From: an uncultured Actinomycetes bacterium
GTDB taxonomy: Bacteria; Actinomycetota; Actinomycetes; S36-B12
Reading direction: 5' to 3'
Length of the DNA: 64,000 bases
Assembly (NCBI GenBank): GCA_903960135.1
Contig: CAJBZP010000022.1
Location: forward strand, 771 to 64,770
The first letter of the stretch is position 1; the number at the start of each line of letters is the position of its first letter. The notes under the pieces are model-generated. The model saw only the letters and a list, made by a program, of their open reading frames with translations, was not told the DNA's origin and ran no database searches. The position numbers and the translations under genes are program-made. Below are positions 59,277-64,000 of this stretch, piece by piece.

Positions 59277-59654
59277 TCACCGGGGGATATCGGCCCAGAC
59301 GGTAATTAGCTCGGGGTCGATGTCGGTGCCCCAGGAACCGGCGAGCGCTTCCACCAACTGCAGCCCACGCCCCCCACTGCCCGCAATCACCGGCCGCTGG
59401 TTTGTCATCTTCGGGATGGTGCCACCGGCCCCCCTGCGATTCGTCACCTCTAAGTGCAGGTTGTCGTCATCGATAACCAATTTGAGGTTTTGTGGCGGGC
59501 TACCGTGCAAAATCGCATTGGTGCACAACTCGGAGGCAATCGAGACGGCATCGGCGCCATCGCCCCAGGTAGCGAGGCTGGACGCCACCCATCCCCGGGC
59601 GGCGGCCGCGGCGGTGGTATCCGCTGGGAGCGTCCAACTATGTGTCACGGTCAT
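59277..59654 (-). CDS. HATPase-type anti-sigma regulatory factor (RsbW-like Ser kinase)
   Basis: 125 aa with ELCTNAILHG and GRGLQLV motifs. No partner STAS gene is nearby. Confidence 0.6.
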   Translation of the reverse strand: MTVTHSWTLPADTTAAAAARGWVASSLATWGDGADAVSIASELCTNAILHGSPPQNLKLVIDDDNLHLEVTNRRGAGGTIPKMTNQRPVIAGSGGRGLQLVEALAGSWGTDIDPELITVWADIPR

Positions 59655-59677
59655 GGCATACCCGATATCGCCGCGAA

Positions 59678-61120
59678 CTAAACCTCGGCGGCAGGTTTTC
59701 CGGCGCGGGTGCGCTGCCGCGGGCGCTTTGGCTTATCTGTCTTTGGCTTATCGGTTCGGGGCTTATCGGTTCGGGGCTTATCCCCATGTTTGCCCTTAGC
59801 GTGGGCCGGCTTACGGTCATCGAGCTTCGGCTTTTTCTTGCCGGTCTCGCCGAGGTCTTCGACCCCTTCGGCGGCCAAGCCCGCACGGGTGCGGCCGGCC
59901 TTGGGGAGCTGGCCGGTGGTGCCTGGCGCGATACCAAGGCCGGTGTAGATGTGCTCACTTGATGAGTAGGTTTCGATTGGGTCCTTGAACGGCAGCTTCA
60001 GGGCGCGGTCGATCATCTGCCAGCGCGCGATGTCTTCCCAGTCGACCAAAGTCACAGCAACTCCGGACGCCCCGGCGCGGCCGGTGCGACCGATTCGGTG
60101 CAGGTAGGTCTTCTCGTCATCGGGGCATTCATAGTTGATGACGTGGGTCACGCCGTCAACGTCAATACCACGCGCTGCGACATCGGTGGCCACGAGAACA
60201 TCGACCTTGCCATTGCGGAAGGCGCGTAAAGCCTGTTCGCGCGCGCCCTGGCCGAGGTCACCATGCACGGTGCCGACGGCGAATCCGCGCTCGGTGAGGT
60301 CATCGCAGATCCGCTGGGCCTTGCGCTTCGTCCGGGTGAAGATCATGACGAGGCCGCGTCCGTCGGCCTGCAAGATGCGGGCGAGGATTTCGATTTTGTC
60401 CATGGGATGCGCGCGCCAAACGTGCTGCTCGATGGTGTCGACGATGGCGCTATCGTCACCAGGCTCACTCGCGCGCAGGTGGATCGGCTGGGTCATGTAT
60501 CGGCGGGCGAGATTGACGATTTGGCCGGGCATGGTTGCGGAGAACAGCATTGTTTGCCGTTTCGCGGGGATTTCAGAGACTATGCGCTCGACGTCGGGCA
60601 AGAAACCCATGTCGAGCATTTCATCTGCTTCGTCAAGCACCAAGGTGCGAATCCCGGTGAGCATGAGGTCGCGCCTATTTACTAGGTCAATTAGTCGCCC
60701 GGGTGTGCCCACCACCACGTCGACACCTTTGTGCAGCGCCTCAATTTGCGGCTCGTAGGCCCGGCCACCATAAATGGCCAGAACTTTGATGCCCTTCAGA
60801 CGGCCGGCTCGCTCCAAGTCCGTTGCCACCTGTAGACCGAGTTCACGGGTGGGGCACACCACGAGTGCCTGCGGCACGCTGCGGTCACCTTCGAGGTCGA
60901 TGCGTTGAAGTAGCGGGATGCCGAAACCCAGGGTCTTACCGGTGCCGGTCTTGGCCTGGCCGATTAGGTCCTTGCCCTCAAGGGCCAAGGGAAGGCACAT
61001 TTGCTGGATAGGGAATGCGCGATCGATGCCGTCAGCGGCAAGGGCTTCGGCAATCAGTGGATCGGTGCCGAGCTCTACGAAGGTGGGAGCCGAGGTTGGG
61101 TCGACCGGGGAAGTAGTCAC
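59678..61120 (-). CDS. DEAD-box ATP-dependent RNA helicase
   Basis: Q motif, AKTGTGKT, DEAD, SAT and HRIGRTGRAG motifs, with a basic repetitive C-terminal tail. Confidence 0.95.
   Translation of the reverse strand: MTTSPVDPTSAPTFVELGTDPLIAEALAADGIDRAFPIQQMCLPLALEGKDLIGQAKTGTGKTLGFGIPLLQRIDLEGDRSVPQALVVCPTRELGLQVATDLERAGRLKGIKVLAIYGGRAYEPQIEALHKGVDVVVGTPGRLIDLVNRRDLMLTGIRTLVLDEADEMLDMGFLPDVERIVSEIPAKRQTMLFSATMPGQIVNLARRYMTQPIHLRASEPGDDSAIVDTIEQHVWRAHPMDKIEILARILQADGRGLVMIFTRTKRKAQRICDDLTERGFAVGTVHGDLGQGAREQALRAFRNGKVDVLVATDVAARGIDVDGVTHVINYECPDDEKTYLHRIGRTGRAGASGVAVTLVDWEDIARWQMIDRALKLPFKDPIETYSSSEHIYTGLGIAPGTTGQLPKAGRTRAGLAAEGVEDLGETGKKKPKLDDRKPAHAKGKHGDKPRTDKPRTDKPKTDKPKRPRQRTRAGKPAAEV
59730..59785. 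repeat. 15-bp coding tandem repeat (about 3.7 units) in the helicase tail
   Basis: GGCTTATCGGTTCGG units encode KPRTD KPRTD KPKTD KPK on the minus strand. Confidence 0.85.
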
Positions 61121-61164
61121 TCCCTTGAGTCTACCCGCTGGCCTTTCGCTAGCCTTCGACCACC

Positions 61165-61857
61165 ATGGATCAGCCGTCTCTTCAGACTTTGGACACCGAC
61201 CCGGAGTACCGGGCCGCGGTCGTCGACCTGCTTGCGGTGTTGGCCTACGGTGCGCTCACCGCTTTCGAACGGATCGCCGCTGATGCGGCGATGGCGCCGA
61301 CCATTGATGACAAGGCCGCCCTGGCGGCAATGGCGGCAACGGAGTATCGGCACTTTGAAACCTTGCGGAATCGCCTAGTTGAGCTTGGGGTGTCGCCGGA
61401 GGCGGCGATCGCACCATTTAGGCAGCCCCTTGAAGAATTCCACGCCCATACCGCGCCCAATGACTGGCTCGAAGGTTTGGTCAAGGCTTATGTGGGTGAC
61501 GGTATCGCCCTTGACTTTTATGTCGAGATAGCCAAGTACCTCGACCCGGAAACAAATGCGCTGGTACTAAGTGTCTGCGATGAAATGGGGCAGTCGGAAT
61601 TCGCGGTCGGCCGGGTCCGTGCCGCGATAGCCGCTGATCCGCGAATCGGTGGCCGGTTGGCGCTTTGGGGTCGGCGCCTTGTTGGCGAGGCCCTATCACA
61701 AGCGCAACGAGTCGCTGCTGAGCGCGATGCGCTCTCCAGTTTGTTGGTCGGTGGCGTTGATCGCCCCGGCGCGGACCTAGCGGAGATCGGGCGGATGCTC
61801 GCCCGGCTCACCGACAATCACACCAAGCGGATGGCCGCGCTCGGACTTGCCGCTTAG
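61165..61857 (+). CDS. ferritin-like fold protein of unknown function
   Basis: 230-aa helical protein with paired E..H-like motifs (EYRHFE, EEFHAH). Family call is tentative. Confidence 0.5.
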   Translation: MDQPSLQTLDTDPEYRAAVVDLLAVLAYGALTAFERIAADAAMAPTIDDKAALAAMAATEYRHFETLRNRLVELGVSPEAAIAPFRQPLEEFHAHTAPNDWLEGLVKAYVGDGIALDFYVEIAKYLDPETNALVLSVCDEMGQSEFAVGRVRAAIAADPRIGGRLALWGRRLVGEALSQAQRVAAERDALSSLLVGGVDRPGADLAEIGRMLARLTDNHTKRMAALGLAA

Positions 61858-61877
61858 CTCAACTGGGTTGTCGGCCG

Positions 61878-62105
61878 CTAGGAGGTGCTGCCGAACCCAA
61901 CTCGACGGGTTGATTCGGCGCCGACTTCGACATAAGCGATCTTCTCGGCGGGCACTAAGACGGTGCGTCCGCGCTCATCGGTCAGCGAGAGCAGGCCGCC
62001 TTTAGCAATGGCGGCTTCGACCGCCTTGATGATCTCGGCTTGCTCCTGTGCACTCTCGAGTGATATTTCGCGTGCGGTGTCTTGGACACCGATCTTGACC
62101 TCCAC
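61878..62105 (-). CDS. DUF3107 family protein
   Basis: GTG 62105 follows GGAGGACTGACC and gives VEVKIGVQDTAREISLES, a typical DUF3107 N-terminus. 75 aa. Confidence 0.75.
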   Translation of the reverse strand: MEVKIGVQDTAREISLESAQEQAEIIKAVEAAIAKGGLLSLTDERGRTVLVPAEKIAYVEVGAESTRRVGFGSTS

Positions 62106-62191
62106 GGTCAGTCCTCCTGTCAAGGGTGCAAGTGCTTTAACTGTGCTGCTGATAGTTGTGTTATGCGCTCATCGTGTCAAGGTGAGGTGGC

Positions 62192-62827
62192 TTAGTCCTC
62201 CGGTGGGTGCGATAGCGGGAAGCCGCTAATGCCGCGCCAACCAAGGGAGGCGATGAGTTCAGCGGCTTCCTCGCGGCTGATTTCAGTTCGCGCGTGGCGT
62301 AACCAACGACGGGCGGCAACCTGCGACATCCCGAGCATTCCGGAACCGAGCAGGAGCGCCTGTTGCGGGTTCAACCCGGTGTCCTCGGTGATGACGTGGG
62401 CAATCGCCTGCGCGACCGCCAAGTCAGCTCGGTCAACGCGTTCGCGCACCGCCGGCTCATTGATCAGATCACTTTCAAATACCAACCGGAAAGCCCCTTG
62501 TGGGTCTTCGACGAAGGCAAAGTAGGCCTGCACGGTGCGTTGCACCCGGACTTTATTGTCGGAAGTCGAGCGCAGGCCAGCGGTATATGCGGCGTGCAGT
62601 TCCTCGATGCCGGCGTCTAGCAGGGCAAGATAAAGATCCAATTTGCTCGAGAAGTGCTGGTAAAGCACCGGCTTGGATACCCCAGCGCGCTCGGCGATGT
62701 CGTCCATCCCGGCGGCGTGGTACCCGGCTGCCACGAAAACCTCTTGGGCGGCCGCTAGAACCTGCGCCCGACGTTCGGACTTGGGTAGGCGCCCACTGGC
62801 TTTCGCCCCGGTTATGGTCACCACCAA
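62192..62827 (-). CDS. TetR/AcrR family transcriptional regulator
   Basis: HTH motif GYHAAGMDDIAERAGVSKPVLYQHF. Confidence 0.9.
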   Translation of the reverse strand: MVVTITGAKASGRLPKSERRAQVLAAAQEVFVAAGYHAAGMDDIAERAGVSKPVLYQHFSSKLDLYLALLDAGIEELHAAYTAGLRSTSDNKVRVQRTVQAYFAFVEDPQGAFRLVFESDLINEPAVRERVDRADLAVAQAIAHVITEDTGLNPQQALLLGSGMLGMSQVAARRWLRHARTEISREEAAELIASLGWRGISGFPLSHPPED

Positions 62828-62931
62828 AGCCTACCCGCCGGTAACCTGCGGTGTTGGGTTCAGGTCTGCCTCGATTTGGCCGGCTTGGGCATTCGGTACC
62901 GGCCCTTTGATAATGGGGGTATTCTGGTCCG

Positions 62932-63840
62932 ATGTCCCAATTGACCGCGCCGTGGCCGCGGGCTGAAGCCTGGCTCCCGTCCTGCTCGATGTCGGCGCGT
63001 CACGCTCCGAGCCTGATCCCAGGTGCGCCGGCTGCGGTTTATATCCACGGCCTTGGTGGCTCGTCGCTTAACTGGACCGACTTAATGGACAACCTTCGCG
63101 CCGATGTCGATGGTTGGGCCGTTGACCTAGGCGGCTTTGGCCAGTCGCCGCCGCCGCGCAATGGCGACATGAGCCCGGCCGGCCACGCGGCGTGTGTAAT
63201 CGAATTCATCGAAAATGAAATCAAGGCACCGGTTCACCTCTTCGGCAACTCCCTCGGTGGTGCCGTGGCATTGCAACTCGCGGCTCGGCGCCCGGATTTA
63301 GTCCGCTCGCTGACCTTGATCTCACCCGCGCTCCCGGCCATGCGTCCAACAAAGTCGAATGTGCACCTTCCGGTGATTGCGGTACCAGGTCTTGGTGAGC
63401 GGCTACTCGCGAAATATCTGGAACTAGACGCCGGTGCCCGCGTCAAGGGCACGATGGACACCTGCCTTGCCGACCCGGGGCGGTTACCCGCCCAGCGCGT
63501 AGATGAGGCGATCGAAGAGGCCCGTAATCGCGATCACCTGACTTATGCGGGCGATGCTTTCCTAAGATCCCTGCGCGGCCTGCTTCGCACCTTTGTCGAC
63601 GTCGGGCCGGATCGACCATGGAAGCTAGCGGAGCGTGTTCAGTGCGAAACCTTGGTTGTCTACGGCAAGAAGGATCCATTGGTTGACGCTAGTGCTGCAC
63701 ATCGCATCACCCGTCATTTTCGCCGTGGTCATGTGATGGTGCTCCCGGAATCCGGGCATGCCGCGCAGATGGAGCACCCAGACTTAGTAGCTCGGGCATG
63801 GCGCAGGTTCTTCCAGTCGGAGTTTTCCGCACTGGCGTAG
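62932..63840 (+). CDS. alpha/beta hydrolase
   Basis: HGLGGS oxyanion motif, GNSLGG nucleophile elbow, C-terminal SGHAAQME. Confidence 0.85.
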   Translation: MSQLTAPWPRAEAWLPSCSMSARHAPSLIPGAPAAVYIHGLGGSSLNWTDLMDNLRADVDGWAVDLGGFGQSPPPRNGDMSPAGHAACVIEFIENEIKAPVHLFGNSLGGAVALQLAARRPDLVRSLTLISPALPAMRPTKSNVHLPVIAVPGLGERLLAKYLELDAGARVKGTMDTCLADPGRLPAQRVDEAIEEARNRDHLTYAGDAFLRSLRGLLRTFVDVGPDRPWKLAERVQCETLVVYGKKDPLVDASAAHRITRHFRRGHVMVLPESGHAAQMEHPDLVARAWRRFFQSEFSALA

Positions 63841-64000
63841 GGGCGCACGTCGTAAGTCCAGATGCCCTACGGCGCGAAGCAGGTCACAACCACGCGAGTA
63901 CGTGGGAGCACCAAATAGCGAGTTCAGGTACCGGATCCCTCAACCTGCTGAAACCGTCAAAAATGGGCCCAGAAATGACGGTTCGAGCAGGTTTAGGCCC

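Overview
This is a high-GC actinobacterial chromosomal segment, densely packed with about 60 mostly housekeeping genes. As far as I recall, the gene order resembles the mycobacterial Rv1086-Rv1255c region. Recognisable blocks run as follows:
- liv-type ABC transporter, cis-prenyltransferase, PhoH2, arsR-sulP
- class I fumarase, glpX, xseAB, ispH, rmuC, ychF, typA
- a five-gene peptide ABC transporter, an S9 peptidase, mshB, VanW, cysS
- fdxA-dapC, gltA, dapD/dapE, yceI, LOG, DUF3117
- O-methyltransferase, htrA, tatB, mrp, an MgtE-N/CBS protein
- citE-like lyase, acyl-CoA dehydrogenase, a DEAD-box helicase, tetR

I found no rRNA, tRNA or CRISPR array. Accessory content is limited to one IS element and a two-gene molybdenum hydroxylase operon between rmuC and ychF.

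The most interesting signal is a dispersed family of unannotated small ORFs of about 55 aa, all on the minus strand. Copies lie at 27823..27990, 21079..21246 and 7230..7457, with a probable degenerate tandem copy at 27549..27764. Synonymous-site substitution patterns argue that they encode protein. I cannot assign them to any known family.

Secondary oddities:
- Three genes (fdxA, dapE, an SRPBCC gene) have stop codons embedded in short tandem repeats.
- dapC has a conserved N-terminus with no canonical start codon. Its only candidate is a CTGA overlap with the fdxA stop.
- The O-methyltransferase gene probably starts at ATT.
- dapD and dapE have almost abutting divergent starts.

Most other ORFs in the six-frame track are antisense or shadow frames of the real genes and are not reported.
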